DNA of 64,000 nucleotides from Octopus vulgaris (GCA_951406725.2 OX597814.1:92504001-92568000), one strand, 5' to 3'. Numbered from the stretch's first letter, positions 25,881-40,775 are shown. Translations and numbers: made by a program. Notes: generated by a model not told the origin, from the letters alone.

Positions 25881-27790
25881 AGTGTGTATGTATGTACGTG
25901 TGGGTGTGGGGAAGTGTGTGTATGTGCATGTGTGTGCGCGTACATACAGGTGTGTGAGTGAGTGTGTGTGTGTGTATGTATGTGTGAGTGTGTATGTATG
26001 TGTGTGTAGGATGCATGTATGTGTATGGGTGTATGTATGCGTGTGTGTATGTATGTATGTGTACGTGCGTGTGTGTGTGTATGCGTGTAGGTGTGCGCGT
26101 GTGCATGCATGCATGCATGTGCGTATGTGTGTGTGTGTGCATGTGTGTGGGTATATATGTATGTGCGTATATGTGTGTGTATGTGCGTACATATGTGTGC
26201 GTGTATGCATGTGTGTGTATGTAGGTGTGTAGGCGTGTGTGTATAGGTGTATGTATGTAAGTATGTATGGGTGTGTCCGTGTATGTGTGTGTATGTATGT
26301 GTGTGTATATAGGTGTGTGGGCGTGTGTATATGTGTGTGTATGTAGGTGTGTGGGCGTGTGTATATAGGTGTATGTATGTATGTCTGGGTGTGTCCGTGC
26401 ATGTTTGTGTGTGTGTGTGTATGCATGTGTATGTAGGTGTGTGTGTACGTGTGTAATGTATGTGTGTATGCGTGTGTGTGCGTGTGTGTATGTAGGTGCG
26501 TGTGTATGTGTGTGGGAGTGTAGGTGTGTGTGTGCGTGTGCGTGTTTATGTTGGTGTGTGCGTATGTGAGTGTGAGTGTATGGGTGTTTGTCATGCATGT
26601 GTGTGCGCGTGCAGGTGAGTGTGTGTGTAAGTATGTGTGTGTGTATGTTTGTGTGAGTGTGTATGTGTGTATGTCTGTGTGTATGTATGTGCGTATAGGA
26701 GTATGTAGGTATGTGTGTGTGTATGTGTATGGGTGTATGTATGTGTGTGTGTGTGCATGTGTATAAGTATATGTGTGTGCGTATGTGTGTGTATGTGTAT
26801 GTGTGTGTGTTTATGTATGTGTGTATGTATGTGTGTAGGCGTGTGTGTGTAGATGTATGTATGTATGGGTGTGTGTCTGTGTGTGTTTGTGTGTGTGTGT
26901 AGGTAGATGTGTGTGTCTGAGTGAGGGTATGGCTGTGTAGGTGTGTGTGTGTATGTATGTAGGTGTGTGTGTGTGTGTATGTGTACGTGTGCGTGTGTAT
27001 GTGTGTGTGTGTATGCGTGTGAGTGTGAGTGTATGGGTGTATGTCTGTGTGTGTATGTATGTATGTGTGTGTGTGTGCGGGTATGTGTGTGTGTGTATGT
27101 GTGTGTGTGAGTAGGTGTGCGTGTATGTATGTGGGTAGGGATGCATGCGAGTGTGTGGGTATGTATGCATACATACGCACGCGCACATCCGAAGCAAGCC
27201 CACACACACGAAGCGCGCTCACGCACACAACGCACAAGCAGTACAACGCAAGCCCAAGGGGCCGACCAAGCCCCCAGCGCGCGCCAAGGCGCGCGAGCGC
27301 AAAGGCCCTCGAACGCCCCGCTGCGCGGGAACCGAGGATCCATCAGCCAAAACCGGAAAGCAGAAAAGAAGGGGGGCTGCCTGGATGCAAAAAGGTGTAT
27401 GTGTGTGTGCATTCAGTGTAAGGGTGTGCATGTGTAGGTATGTATGTATGTGTGTGCCTACATGTATGTGTGCATGTGTGTGTGTGTGAAGTATGTACGT
27501 GCGGTGTGTGTGTGTGAGTGTGTGTGTATGTATGTGCGTATGTATGTGTGTATGTATGTGTGTATGTAGGTCTGTGTGTGTGTGTGTGTGTGTAAGTATG
27601 TATGTGTGTGTGTATGTATGTATGTGTGTGTGTATGTGCATGTTGGTTTGTATGTTAGTGTGTGCATGTATGTCTATAAGTGTGTGTGATTAAATGTGTG
27701 AATGTATGTACGTAGATGGGTCTACGTATGTGTGTGTGTGAACAGGCGTGTGGGAGGTAGGTGGGTGGGTGTGTGTGGGTGGTGTATCCG
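25155..27790. repeat. Compound degenerate (TG)/(TATG)n low-complexity tract with GC-rich islands
   Basis: About 2.6 kb of mixed GT/GTAT/GTGC units; source of the long His/Thr-rich spurious ORFs. Confidence 0.9.
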
Positions 27791-28872
27791 AAAAAAAAAA
27801 AAAAAAAAAACGGATCTCAAGAGGAGGGGGCTGTGTTAAGTCCGTGTGGGGTGGTAGTTTGTAGGGTGAAGATGTAGCGTTGCTCCAAGTGGAGCCAGTT
27901 AATCCAAACATGAACAAAGAGAAAACACAACATGTGGGCGTGGAACAAGTATAGTGTTATTGGACGCTCAGGAAAGGAAAGAAAGAAGGATTTAATGTTT
28001 CCCGCGTTAAAAATATATATGAAATGCAAAAATGGGACAAGAACACAAAACATCCAGACAGTTAGGTGAGACAAAGAAAATCAGAAAAGGAAAACAAAAT
28101 ATCCAGACAGACGATACAAAGAAAACAAGGACGGATCATTCGGAGTTTTCTATCCTCAGTCGAGTTCCAGATTATCTTTGCAATTATTTATATATATATA
28201 AAGTAAGCACATAAATGTGAAATTTTACTGTTTATATTTTGTACTGTCGTTACTGTCCTGTTTTTGTTACCATTTTTACCCCTCCGCAAAAAATTCTCGA
28301 ATTTTATTTAATTTGATTTTCGCGGGAAGGATTGTTTCATTAAAGTCATGTATCGCCTTGACCTTCGAAACGTGGAGTAGATGAAACAAAAGCGACTGAA
28401 GAAGGGGAATTTTCCTTGTTTTGTATGTCCTGTACTCTATTTTTTCGTTGTTTAAGAAAAATGTCCATTTCCTTGGTTTTGTGTTTATGTTTTCGTTTCT
28501 CATTGTGTTCGACGTTTTTTTTTGTGTCCTGTACCCATATATGCATGTATATATACATGTAGAGGTAGGTACGTACATATATGTATGTATATATGCATAT
28601 GTTTTATTTATTTATTAATTTATTATATGACGGAACGCACGCATCCATTTCTAAGTAAGATTGTACACATATATATGTTTATCCATCTACACATATATGT
28701 CACTATTTTCAGTCAACGGTTAAGATTCAATGTATTTTTATTTTATATATGTGCATATATATATATATAAAGTTAATCCAAACATGAAAACACAAAGAGA
28801 AAACACAACAACGCGAGGACGTGGAACAAATATAGTATTATTGGACGCTCAGGAAGGAAGGGAAGAAGGAGG

Positions 28873-28907
28873 GTTTAACGTTTCGAGCGGAGCTCTTCGT
28901 CAGAAAC
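28873..28907 (-). ncRNA. Minimal type I hammerhead ribozyme (35 nt)
   Basis: GTTT-CTGACGA-A-GAGC-TCC-GCTC-GAAA-CG-TT-AAAC; intact core and palindromic ACGT stem III, typical of dimeric PLE-associated HHRs. Confidence 0.8.
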
Positions 28908-29744
28908 ACAGGAAAAGGAAAGATCCAGAGAAGGGAAGACGGAGGAAAAAATCGCCAACGGTACACACGCGGTCACATATTGAATGACCAGAAGGGAATG
29001 GGTGAAGAAAAGTTCTTTCAAAGACAGGAGCGTGCAAGAGGAGGCATCTGTGTGCGCGCAGGTCTGCGTATGCGTGTGTGTGTGTATGTGTGTATGTGTG
29101 CAATGATAACACGTGTGTGTGTGTGCGTGTATGTGTGTGTGTATGTATATATAAAATATATATAATATGTATTATATTATATACATATATCTACACACAT
29201 TCTCATACGTGCATGGATGTACACACTCATACACATATATACTCACACAACACACACACACACACGTACACACGCATGCTAAAATACACATACATCTACA
29301 TATACGAACATACATATTAATCTATTAATACATACGATTATATATAACTACGTATATGTACTGTTGTGTCTGGGGAGAATCATTCTCTTTTGGTGCCTTA
29401 TAATTTAACACACTCACCGGTAAAAAGTGTGTTAAATTATAAGGCACCAAAATAGACCGAATCTCCCCAGACACATCAGAATATACTTCAACACAGGAAC
29501 TCACATAAAGAATCTTGCAAACCAAATCAAAAAACGAAATACATATATGTATTTCAGTATGTAAGTCCGCAAATCTAACGGCCTAAAAATAAATACACTA
29601 AAAATCATAGACTTACGTATGTACATAAAACATAGTATGTACACAAAACATAACGCTAATACATGCGTACATACATATATACGAACATACACAGGCAAAA
29701 TATAAATATGTATATATATACTAATATATATACAGGTATCTATA

Positions 29745-29888
<144 letters not shown>

Positions 29889-30345
29889 ACGCAACTTTAA
29901 TGCTACACGTTAGAAAACAATCAGAATAAGAATAAGAATAAGAGGTGGTGGTAGTTGGAAAAAGAAGAAAAAAAGTGGTAGAATGAAGGAAAAAGAAAGA
30001 GAGAGAGAAAATAAAGATAGAAAAAGAGAGAGAAGATACGGGGTTCACTGAAGAAGGGTAGGATGAGTAGAAAATGAAAAAAAAAATAAGGAAAAGATAA
30101 AATGCATAAAAGCCAAGCGAACGCACACATAGAATGTACGTGCATACTCACTTAAGCAAATACTTATATACAATAGTAAGACACATGTAAACACGCATAC
30201 AAATATACAGATAAGCATATACGCATTTGTGTGTGTGTGTATATATATATACACACACGCCATGATAGATCGCTTGCTCCTACATGCATTTTTTTTCTCT
30301 CCTTGTTTCTCTCCTTGTTTCTCTCCTTGTTTTATTTCTGTGTAA

Positions 30346-30381
30346 CTTTCTGTCGAAGAGCGTAGGCTCGAAACGTAAAAG
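30346..30381 (+). ncRNA. Minimal hammerhead motif, core variant CUGUCGA
   Basis: CTTT-CTGTCGA-A-GAGC-GTAG-GCTC-GAAA-CG-TA-AAAG in repeat 30255-30480, which ends at (TA)n. Confidence 0.6.
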
Positions 30382-30478
30382 ACTTGTTGCATTTCTATTC
30401 CTGAGCGCCATACTAATACATTTGTTTGTTTGTACTCCACCTGCCTTCGTCTTTTGTTTATTTTCGTAAACCTTTCCG

Positions 30479-30539
<61 letters not shown>

Positions 30540-30897
30540 CACTTTTTCCACAGCCAGCCCTATATTTAACTCGTCCTGTCGAAAGACGCTTGTCCTGACG
30601 TCCTGGTTTTGTTATCAGTTTTTACGTATTTTTGAAATTTTTTTCGAGTAACATCGTCCGTTTTCCGTCACTGTTTGTATACTTTCGAGGCTTTCTTCCA
30701 AGGAATCTAATGCGATTGGCTTAGATTTCCTTGGTGGCTGCCCAGATCGGAGCAATCTCAAGATTAATCAGCCGAAATTGCGAAGATGATCTGGTTCTTG
30801 ACTGATGACTGAGAGCTTCGAAAGTCCCGTCTGTGTTTTTTTGTCGTCTTCTAAATGTTTCACGTTCTTGTCCCAGTTTGTGTATTTTTTTAACTTT

Positions 30898-30954
<57 letters not shown>

Positions 30955-31273
30955 TTTTATTCTTTTATTTGTTTCAGTCATTTGACTGCAGCCATGCTGG
31001 AGCACCGCCTTAGTCGATCAAATCGACATATATATATAGAGAGAGATATAGATATATATTACTCTTTTATTTACTCTTTTACTTGCTTCAGTCATTTGAC
31101 TGTGGCCATGCAAAAGCACCACCTTTAGTCGAACAAATCGACTGCAGAACTTATTTTTTGTAAGCCTAGTACTTATTCTGTCGGTCTCTTTTACCGAACC
31201 ACTAAGTTACGGAGACGTAAATATACCAGTATCGGTTGTCAAGCGATGTTGGGGGGACAAACACAGACACACA

Positions 31274-31341
<68 letters not shown>

Positions 31342-31471
31342 CATACATATATACATCTATATGCATGTATATATATGTGTATGTATATATATATACATAT
31401 ATATATGTGTATGTATATATATGCCCCAGCATGGCCACAGCTCATGAGCTGAAACTAGAATCAATCAATCA

Positions 31472-31525
<54 letters not shown>

Positions 31526-31862
31526 TACAACGGGCTTCTTTCAGTTTCCGTCTACCAAATCCACTCACAAGGCTTTGGTCGGCCCGAGGCTATAGTAAAA
31601 GTCACTTGCCCAAGGTGTCACGCAGTGGGACTGAACCCGGAACCATGTGATTGGTAAGCAAGCTACTTACCACACTGCCTCTCCTACGCCTATGATAGAT
31701 CGTTAGCTCCTACACGCATTTTTTTCTCTCCTGTTTTTTTTTCTGTGTATCTTTCTGTCGAAGAGCGTAAAAGACTTTTTCTATTCCTGAGCGCTATACT
31801 AATACATTCGTTTGTTTGTACTCCACCTGCCTTCGTCTTTTGTTTATTTTCGTAAACTTCCC

Positions 31863-31953
<91 letters not shown>

Positions 31954-32296
31954 TGTATGTATGTATGTATGTATGTATGTATATGTATATATATGCATGT
32001 ATGTACATACATATATATGCATAAACAAACGTATATACGCCATAGCGTATATGCGCACACGAGTATATTTAAAACCGTTTGTCTGGTATATTAAATATTA
32101 AAATACTGTAACTTCAAATTGTGGATTGAGAAACAAAATCAATATTATAATTAGATTAAAAGTGTAATATAATATAATATAAATTTGGGCCTCGACGAAA
32201 TTCAAATAAGATAATTTAGACTGCCGAAAATCGCCAAAGAATTTTTGCTAAGCTCATTAAAGCTCTGTCACCATCGCATTACAATCAATAATAATA

Positions 32297-32334
<38 letters not shown>

Positions 32335-33358
32335 AAATAAATGCAATGGAAGTTATTAAGTAAACAATGAAAATAATAAAAATAATAATAAAATTATAAT
32401 AAAGAATAAAATAAATCAAATCCATTCTGGTATTCGATGTCTTTAAAAACACATTTTGGTCGACTGTAGATACACGATATCTATTTAGGTGATTGTAAAA
32501 TGGCTGCTAAAATGTACAATAAAAATCAAAATTGTTAGGTATACTGTAGGTTAAATAAGCAGGAGGATATGCGTGGATGGAAAGGGTTACTGAAAAGGTT
32601 ATGGATGTATGGCGAAAGATTTCCAGTAAATGGACATATGATGAACTAAGATCAAAAATAAAAGCATGAAGAACGAATATACAGTGCGTGTTTATTTGGC
32701 AAAAAGAATTCCGAAATATTGCAATATCTGTTTCAACATACGATTTCACATCAATCTTGCAAAACAAATTCATAAACATGTGTGTGTGTGCGCACACACA
32801 CACACACACACCACACACACACACACACACAAACATACCTATATACATACATATATATATGTGTGCGTGTGTGTACATATATATATGTATATATATATGT
32901 ATGTATGTATATAGATGTATTTCTTTACTACCCAGATAGATAACACTACTTATGTCCATCTCCTATGTTCTGCCTTTAGGCCTTCACTTCGTACACGCCA
33001 CTTCAATTCGATTCTCAGTCGAAAGACACCTGTTGTTTCTTGTTGTTTGTATTCGTAATTGTGTACCATGTTCTCCGTCTTTTTTTTTTTTTTGTCTTTT
33101 ATGCCGAACACATTCGCTAGCTTTTTTTTTTTGCCCTTAGCTTAGATTTTTGGTGGAGCAACCGGATCGAACCATCTCAAGTGTAACTGCTTGAAATGGT
33201 CGTGACTTCTGGAATTTGACTGAGGAAAGAAAGCCACGAATGACACGTCTTTTTTTTTTGCCTGTCCTAATTGTTGTTTCTCTTGTCCGCCTTTGTATCG
33301 TCTATCTGTCCGAATGTTTTATTGTCCTCTATTGCGCTTTTGTTCCATTTCTATATGC

Positions 33359-33424
<66 letters not shown>

Positions 33425-33482
33425 CGACGCAGAGTTTATAAAAGAAAATCGTTAAACGACCATATCTAGGACATCAAGTTAC

Positions 33483-33564
33483 GACCCTGAAGAAACTGCA
33501 TCGTTTTATAATAGGGTTGCAATTACAACGTTTATTACTGGTGCAATTGAAGCATGTGTTGGTC
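33483..33564 (+). ncRNA. Type I hammerhead motif with extended stem II (degenerate)
   Basis: GACC-CTGAAGA-A-ACTGCATC..GGTGCAAT-T-GAAG-CATGTG-TT-GGTC, in a ~215-bp insert between (TA)n tracts. Confidence 0.6.
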
Positions 33565-33662
33565 TGAAAGGCGATATATATTTATAGAATGAATGGTAAT
33601 GCTATTGCTATTTTCGAGTAATCTTTATTTTTATATTGTAAATATATATATATATATATATA

Positions 33663-33831
33663 GGCGCAGGAGTGGCTGTGTGGTAAGTAGCTTGCTCACC
33701 AACCACATGGTTCCGGGTTCATTCCCACTGCGTGGCACCTTGGGCAAGTGTCTTCTACTATAGCCTCAGGCCAACCGAAGCCTTGTGAGTGGATTTGGTA
33801 GGCGGAAACTGAAAGAAGCCCGTCGTATATA

Positions 33832-33875
<44 letters not shown>

Positions 33876-34085
33876 TGTGTGTTTGTATGTCTGTGTTTGT
33901 CCCGCCAACATCGCTTGACAACCGATGGTGGTGTTTTTTACGTCCCCGTAACTTAGCTGTTCGGCAAAAGAGACCGATAGAATAAGTACTATGCTCCCAA
34001 AGAATAAGTCCCGGGGTCGATTTGCTCGACGAGAGGCGGTGCTCTAGCATGGCCGCAGTCAAATGACTGAAACAAATAAAAAAGA
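33663..34085 (+). mobile_element. tRNA-derived SINE family A, full-length, with internal microsatellite; other copies at 5575-5968, 6305-6680, 31060-31690, 38758-39148, 43330-44110, 58733-59170
   Basis: A box TGGCTGTGTGG, B box GGTTCATTCCC, CCTTGGGCAAGT block, central (GT)/(TA)n, 3' CAGTCAAATGACTGAAAC. Confidence 0.88.
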
Positions 34086-34341
34086 GTTAAAGAGTATATG
34101 CGTGTGTATATGTGTATTATAAGGTCTATTTATGTATGTACATATAAGGAGTGTGTGTGAGTAGTATATAAATATATATATATGTATATATATATTTTGT
34201 TTTTGGATTTGGTTTGCAAGATTCTTTATGTAAGTTCGTATGTTGAAGCATAAATAAAAGAAGGAAATAAGTGGAAATTTTATCGGTGAGTGTGTTAAAT
34301 TATAAGGCACTAAAAGAGAATGACTTTCCCCAGACACAACA

Positions 34342-34416
<75 letters not shown>

Positions 34417-34418
<2 letters not shown>

Positions 34419-34509
34419 AGGGGTGTATGAAAAGTTTTGAGCCTTGAAGTCTTGTACCATGTTTTGTTTTGTTTTGTTTTTAGGCTCAAGTCTTTTCATA
34501 CACCCCTCG
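34417..34509. mobile_element. 93-bp mariner-type MITE
   Basis: TIRs of about 28 bp, TGAGGGGTGTATGAAAAGTTTTGAGCCT / AGGCTCAAGTCTTTTCATACACCCCTCG, with TA duplication. Confidence 0.82.
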
Positions 34510-34513
34510 TATC

Positions 34514-34547
<34 letters not shown>

Positions 34548-35661
34548 TGTATGTATGTATGTATGTATATTAGGGTCTGTCAGAAAGTTTCTGTAATGCT
34601 ACAATAATGCCAGTTTGTGATAAAGATAAAAGACTGAGAATAATAAAAGAAGTAAAACAATGGCAAAGGTTTATAGCTTTACTTTCGATTTCACTATGTC
34701 GGTTTCACAAAGTTTTTTATCAAGAGAAAAAATGGAAATTACGTTTAGCTCTGATCTCCATGGTTATGTGGCAACGAGGGATTCAGCTTGAAATAGGAAC
34801 ACTAAATTATATGTAAAATGAAGAAATGTTGTGTTATCGGAACTATAGCTATGCAGATGGAACATTAAATAACGATAATGGCTCCAACAAAGCTATTGAA
34901 GTGTAGCATCAGACATTATATATATAAGTCCAATTTGCTAAAATGATATTTTGGAATAATAATAATCCTTTCTACTAAAGGCACAAGGCCTGAGATTTTG
35001 TGGGAGGGGAGTAGTCGATTGACCTCAGTGTGTCACAGGTACTTAATTTATCGTCCCCGAAAGGATGAAAAGTAAAGTCGACCTCGGCAGAATTTGAACT
35101 CAGAATGTAACGACAGGCAAAATAGCGCTATGCATTTCCTCCAGCGTGCTAACGATTCTACCAGCTCACTGCTTTAATACTTAATAATGATAATAATAAC
35201 CCTTTCTACTAAGAGCACAAGGCCTGAAATTTGGGGGTAAGGGACTAGTCAATTACATCGGCCCCAGTACTCAACTGGTACTTATTTTATCGACTCCGAA
35301 AAGCAAAGTCGACCTCGGCGGAATTTGAACTCAGAACGTAAGGACGGAAGAAATGCCGCTAAGCATTTTGCCCGACGTGCTGACGATTCTGTCAGCTCAC
35401 CGTGATGATAATAATAATAATAATCCTTACTACTATAGGCTCAAGGCTTGAAATTTGGGAGGAGAGGACTAGTCGATTACATCGACCCCAGTATTTCACT
35501 GGTACTTAATTTATTGACCCCGAAAGGATGAAAGGCAAAGTCGACCTCGACGGAATTTAAACTCAGAACGTAGAGACACACAGAATGCCGCTAAACATTC
35601 CCTCCAGAGTGTTAACGATTCTGCCAGCTTGCCAGCTTGAATAATAAGAATAATAATAAGG

Positions 35662-35730
35662 ATTTCTTTATTAACCACAAAGGGTTTACTTTAAGAAAAA
35701 TGTTATGGACAGTACAGGACAAAACAAAGA

Positions 35731-35799
<69 letters not shown>

Positions 35800-37830
35800 G
35801 TGCGGATTATGCGTGTATACAAGATTAACACAATGAAACATATTTAACAATATCTAATCCTCAAAAGGGAGGAGACGTTCGAGGGCTGCTCATGGGAAAA
35901 CCCTATAAAAGCCATGGGTACCCTGACTTTTGGGGAAAGTGTCTTTTTCCTTTCCTTTTCTCCAACTACAGGCGTATGCTCAGGACAGGCCCGTTCACTC
36001 TCACTGTTCTCGCCACTTTCATCCACCTTTTAGCAAACTGGATTAAAGACAACACTTCCCTCTCTATCCTTATTTTCCTCTTCAAGTCAAACTTGAGGAA
36101 GATGATCGGGGATTGGCCAAAGAGAAAAGTGTTTGTCTTCAGCCCCTTCAATCTCGTCCACTATACAACCTCTTTCGCCATGAACATCAGGCATATAAAG
36201 TCAGCCTTCCCTACCCGATTAAAAGAAGGCGACGGGGCGATCTTCACGATGGATTCAGTTGACAGCCGGATCCGTCCTACATGCGACAGCAGATGTTTGA
36301 CATAAACCCACAGGTCAGCAAATCTCTGGTACTGGACAACTGCATGCAGAACCGTCTCGTCGCCCTGTGCGCATCTCGGACATGCTCAGCTGACGGCACT
36401 TCTGTGCCTGGAAAGTGTATCTCGAACAGGCAAAGCACCCAGGTAGCACTGCAAAGCCGGAGATTTTTGGAAATTATTCATCGGTCCCGAGCCGAATGTT
36501 CTCCGGAAAAGAGCGGCTAGCTGATGTTCTATTTCTATACTACCCACAGGGGGGCTAAACACAGAGGGGACAAACAAGGACAGACTAACGGCTTAAGTCG
36601 ATTACATCGACCCCAGTGCGTAACTGGTACTTAATTTATCGACCCCGAAAGGATGAAAGGCAAAGTCGACCTCGGCGGAATTTGAACTCAGAACGTAGCG
36701 GCAGACGAAATACCGCAAAGCATTTCGCTCGACGCGCTAACGTTTCTGCCAGCTTACCGCCTTAAGAGCGGCTAGCTGATCTTCTTCGATGTCCAAGGTC
36801 TCCCCAAGAACGTTGTCGCACTTTCCCTCCATTGATCCTCTATAAAACGCTAAAATGGACGTTCCCCTATCGCAGTGTCTAACTGGCTGACGTTTGTGAG
36901 CGCTTGAAGACATTCCACTACCTAAATGCCTTCTCTAGGTCTCTGTTTCACCTAGGACTGCAGCTCCGTTAAAGAAACCAGCTGGAAGCACTGGAGATGT
37001 CGTAGCCTCAGTGCATGTCTGCACACCATCAACCACAGCATGCCCAAGCCACCACGCGTCCCTTCCACAAGAAGCGGAAGAGTATACGCTCCAACGTTTA
37101 GCCGGGAAAATGCACGACGGTCAAACGATAGGAGATGACGGACGCGATGTACGCGTTACCCACCTCTTCCCGACCTTTCAAGGATAACTTCCTCTCGGCT
37201 CATTTCTGGGTGAGAATAGTCACCCTGCTGTTACCTCATCCCAGTTTTTGTCCATCTGAAGATGCAGACCATACCAGACCTCGAGCAATTTAACTGATCC
37301 GTCCGTTCAGCGCCGAACGACGCTTTTGTACTGCACGGACTTGCTTTTCCAGGTGCTGAGCCGCAAGACCACTGATTTTTTTCCTGCTTAATCGTCGCTC
37401 CTGATACCGCCTGAGCGCGGTGCCGGTCATTTCTATGTGCTTATGCACCGACAACATCACGATGGCGTCATCGGCATATGCCAACACGCATCTCCTACAT
37501 CCTAGATCACTCGCGATGCCCAGTACCTATAAGTGTGACGAGAGGGGAAAACCTTACCGGACCGAGCGCATGATATTGAACGGTTCTGAGAGGTGACCGT
37601 TCACTCTGACCACTGAACAGATGTCGTTGTGCATTGCAGCGAACCAGCTCTTGAATACAGGCCCGAAACCGGCAGCCTTGAGGACTGCTGCCAAGCATAA
37701 ATGCTCGACCCTATCGAAGTCTTTCGACTGATCTAAATTGATCAGAGCCTCGCCCGTACCAGATTCTTTGGTCACTTTCTCAATGATGTATCGCATGAAG
37801 TAGAAGTTGTTGCGAATGGATCTTTTCGGA
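35662..37830 (-). mobile_element. Second decayed Tx1/L1-clade LINE, interrupted by a SINE
   Basis: LINLDQSKDFDRVEH, LAYADD, zf-RVT-like C-terminus; similar to 1831-3662. Confidence 0.85.
36531..36763 (-). mobile_element. Young SINE family B insertion with 17-bp target-site duplication
   Basis: AAGAGCGGCTAGCTGAT at 36509-36525 and 36764-36780 flanks a full-length, CpG-intact SINE. Confidence 0.9.
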
Positions 37831-37989
37831 AGGGTTAGCAGTTTTAGGAGACGAATAAGTCGATTACATCGAAGCCAGTACTCAACTGGTACTTCTTTTA
37901 TCGACCCCGAAAGGATAAAAGGCAAAGTCGACCTCGGCGGAATTTGAACTCAGAACGTAAAGAGACGGAAAGAAATGCCATTTTCAGGC

Positions 37990-38296
37990 AAATGACAACC
38001 TCATTTTCTTAATGAATGATAAAGCTCATTTTTATCTCAGTGGCATGGTGAATTAACAGAACTGTCGTTAATGGGCTCTTGAAAATCCGAGAGAACTGCA
38101 CGAAAGACCACTGCACAGCCAAGAAGTCATGGCCTGATGTGCTGTTGGAAAAGCTGCTGTCATCGGTCCTTACTTTTTTTCAAGACAATAATAGAAATGT
38201 TGTCACAATGAACTCTGAGCGTTACATCGAGATGATAAACAACTCCTTTGTGCCTGAATTACAACGAAAACGTATGCCTATTCGACGTACGTGGAA
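37990..38296 (+). mobile_element. Tc1/mariner (rosa/DD41D-like) transposase fragment
   Basis: NDKAHFYLSGMVN*QNCR*WALENPRELHERPLHSQEV..VIGPYFF..VTMNSERYIEMI. Confidence 0.8.
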
Positions 38297-38713
38297 TTGG
38301 AGCTAGTGAGAGTTGCAGGGTGTTGTCTCACAGTTGCTGACAGTAAACTTCATTTCTCCCTCTGACCAAGGTTTTAGCTGGTCAACCAAACTTCGTTCTC
38401 ATTGAGTCGTCACCATGTGACTGAACTCGTTGAGTCGTCACCGACTGATTTTTGCTTGGAGTGTTCTTGCTTTTATAACTATAGATAGACATATCATTGA
38501 GAACAATAGATTTAGTTGGTGGTCTTGTTATCTCTATTCTGTTTTTTTTTTGTGAAGTACAAGTGACATTATTTCGGCCTAGCTAAAAGCAATCTGACGA
38601 ATGTCAAACTGCTGTCACAGAAAAACCATTGTTCCAATGTGGGAAAAGTTCTGTCGCAGTGTTAATTTAAATTTGGCTATGGTGGATCGAATCCCCTTCA
38701 TGCTTGCAAGATC

Positions 38714-38759
<46 letters not shown>

Positions 38760-39240
38760 TCTTTTACTTGTTTCAGTCATTTGACTGCGGCCATGCTGGA
38801 GCACCGCCTTTAGTCGAGCAAATCGACCCCGGGACTTATTCTTTGTAAGCCCAGTACTTATTCTATCAGTCTCTTTTGCCGAACCGCTAAGTAACGAGGA
38901 CGTAAACATACCAGCATCGGTTGTCAAGCAATGCTAGGGGGACAAACACAGACACACACATACATATACATATATATACATATATACGACAGGCTTCTTT
39001 CAGTTTCCGTCTACCAAATCCACTCACAAGGCTTTGGTCGGCCCGAGGCTATAGTAGAAGACACTTGCCCAAGGTGCCACGCAGTGGGACTGAACCCGGA
39101 ACCATGCGGTTGGTAAACAAACTACTTACCACACAGCCACTCCTGCGCTATATATATATGATATGATATGATATATGTATATATATATATTTGTTTCAGC
39201 CATTTGACTGCTGGAGCACTGCCTTGTGTATATGTATATA

Positions 39241-39304
<64 letters not shown>

Positions 39305-40245
39305 AGAGAGAGAGTGAGAGACAGACAGGGAGATAGGCAAACTGGCAGGCAGACTGACAGACTATTACTATTTTACGACTATGTATTTGTTTTGTAAGAT
39401 TCCAGGTGTTGTTCATTTTCGTGAATAAAATCTATAAGGATATATCTATAAATGATAGAAGCATATTTCTTATCAAGCTATAAAATAGTAAATTATTCTA
39501 AATGGTTTTACTATAAAATAAAGGCAAAAATAAAAAGAGAAATAGATTAGAATATTTAAAACGGTAGACAAACCTAACATTATATGAATAATTTATTTAC
39601 ATTGTACAAAAGTTACCTCCCTTGTAGCACAAACCGATAACGCCTCAATTAACAATACTTCGCCTGATAAAAAAAAAGCTATGAGGTAGTCATTCCTGGT
39701 ATATATATATTTTTTACCATAAATATGTCATCACAGTGAGAGTTAACCTAAAGTAAACAACGGCAGAAGACGAAGAACGAACCTTTTCATCTTTACATTC
39801 TTTTATTCGTTTACTTATTTTAGTCATTTCACTGCAGCCGTGCTGGGATACTATCTTCAAGGGTTTTTTTTTTAGTTGAACAATCGATACCAGGACTTAT
39901 TTTCTAAGCCTAGTGCTTATTTTATCTGTTTCTTGTGCCAAACCGCTAGATTACGTGGACGTAAGCACGTCAGCACCGATTGTCAAGAGGTGAAGGATGA
40001 ACAAATAGAAGTGAAGGGACACATACACACACACACATTCTTTTAGTCTTTCACTTGTTTCAGTCATTTGACTGCGGCCATGCGGGAGCACCACCTTCAG
40101 TCGAACAAATCAACCCCAGGACTTATTCTTTGTAAGCCTAGTGCTTATTCTATGGGTCTCTTTTACCAAACCACTATGTTACGGGGATGTAAACACACCA
40201 ACATCGGTTGTCAGGCGATGATGTTGAACAAACACTGACACACGA

Positions 40246-40303
<58 letters not shown>

Positions 40304-40534
40304 TAACAATATAGGATGAAGTCCCTTTCTCTACAGAAAAGGAATCCATCAGGAAGCGTGGGCAGTATATTTTAAAAAACTGTTACGGTTGAAGTATAAA
40401 CATCATATAATTAAGGGCTAAAGAGGGTTATTCTAAAGCCAATACACTGATTTATCCACTTATAATCCGCTTGCTACAGGAGAATTGAAACTGAAAACGG
40501 GCAACTAACCTTTAGAAAATTTAAATTTCGTTAT

Positions 40535-40595
40535 CTCTATATTGAATCAATTTCGGAATTAATCTTATAAAAGATATATTCTTTCTTCAGTAGAG
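40535..40595 (-). ncRNA. Type I hammerhead ribozyme (inverted copy)
   Basis: Reverse complement of 40715-40775. Confidence 0.75.
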
Positions 40596-40714
40596 CTTTC
40601 GATGGGATATAAATAAAATACTCACGTATGATCATGGAAAAAGCACAAGCTAAAAACATAACTACACTTGAGTACATCACTTATATCTAAAAATAAAATG
40701 TATCCCATCGAAAG

Positions 40715-40775
40715 CTCTACTGAAGAAAGAATATATCTTTTATAAGATTAATTCCGAAATTGATTCAATATAGAG
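40715..40775 (+). ncRNA. Type I hammerhead ribozyme, tandem copy 1
   Basis: CTCTA-CTGAAGA-AA-GAAT-AT-ATCTT-TTAT-AAGAT-TA-ATTC-C-GAAA-TTGA-T-TCAA-TA-TAGAG; cut after 40770. Confidence 0.8.

Noticed and set aside
25116-27693. Long ORFs (492 aa, 571 aa) and many YI/MYVC/HT-rich ORFs across the window
   Set aside because: They are translations of stop-free microsatellites with no protein-like content.
33663-33735. tRNA-like sequences with A/B boxes (also about 16750-16820 and 22166-22250)
   Set aside because: They are SINE heads continuing into SINE bodies; no complete cloverleaf is evident.
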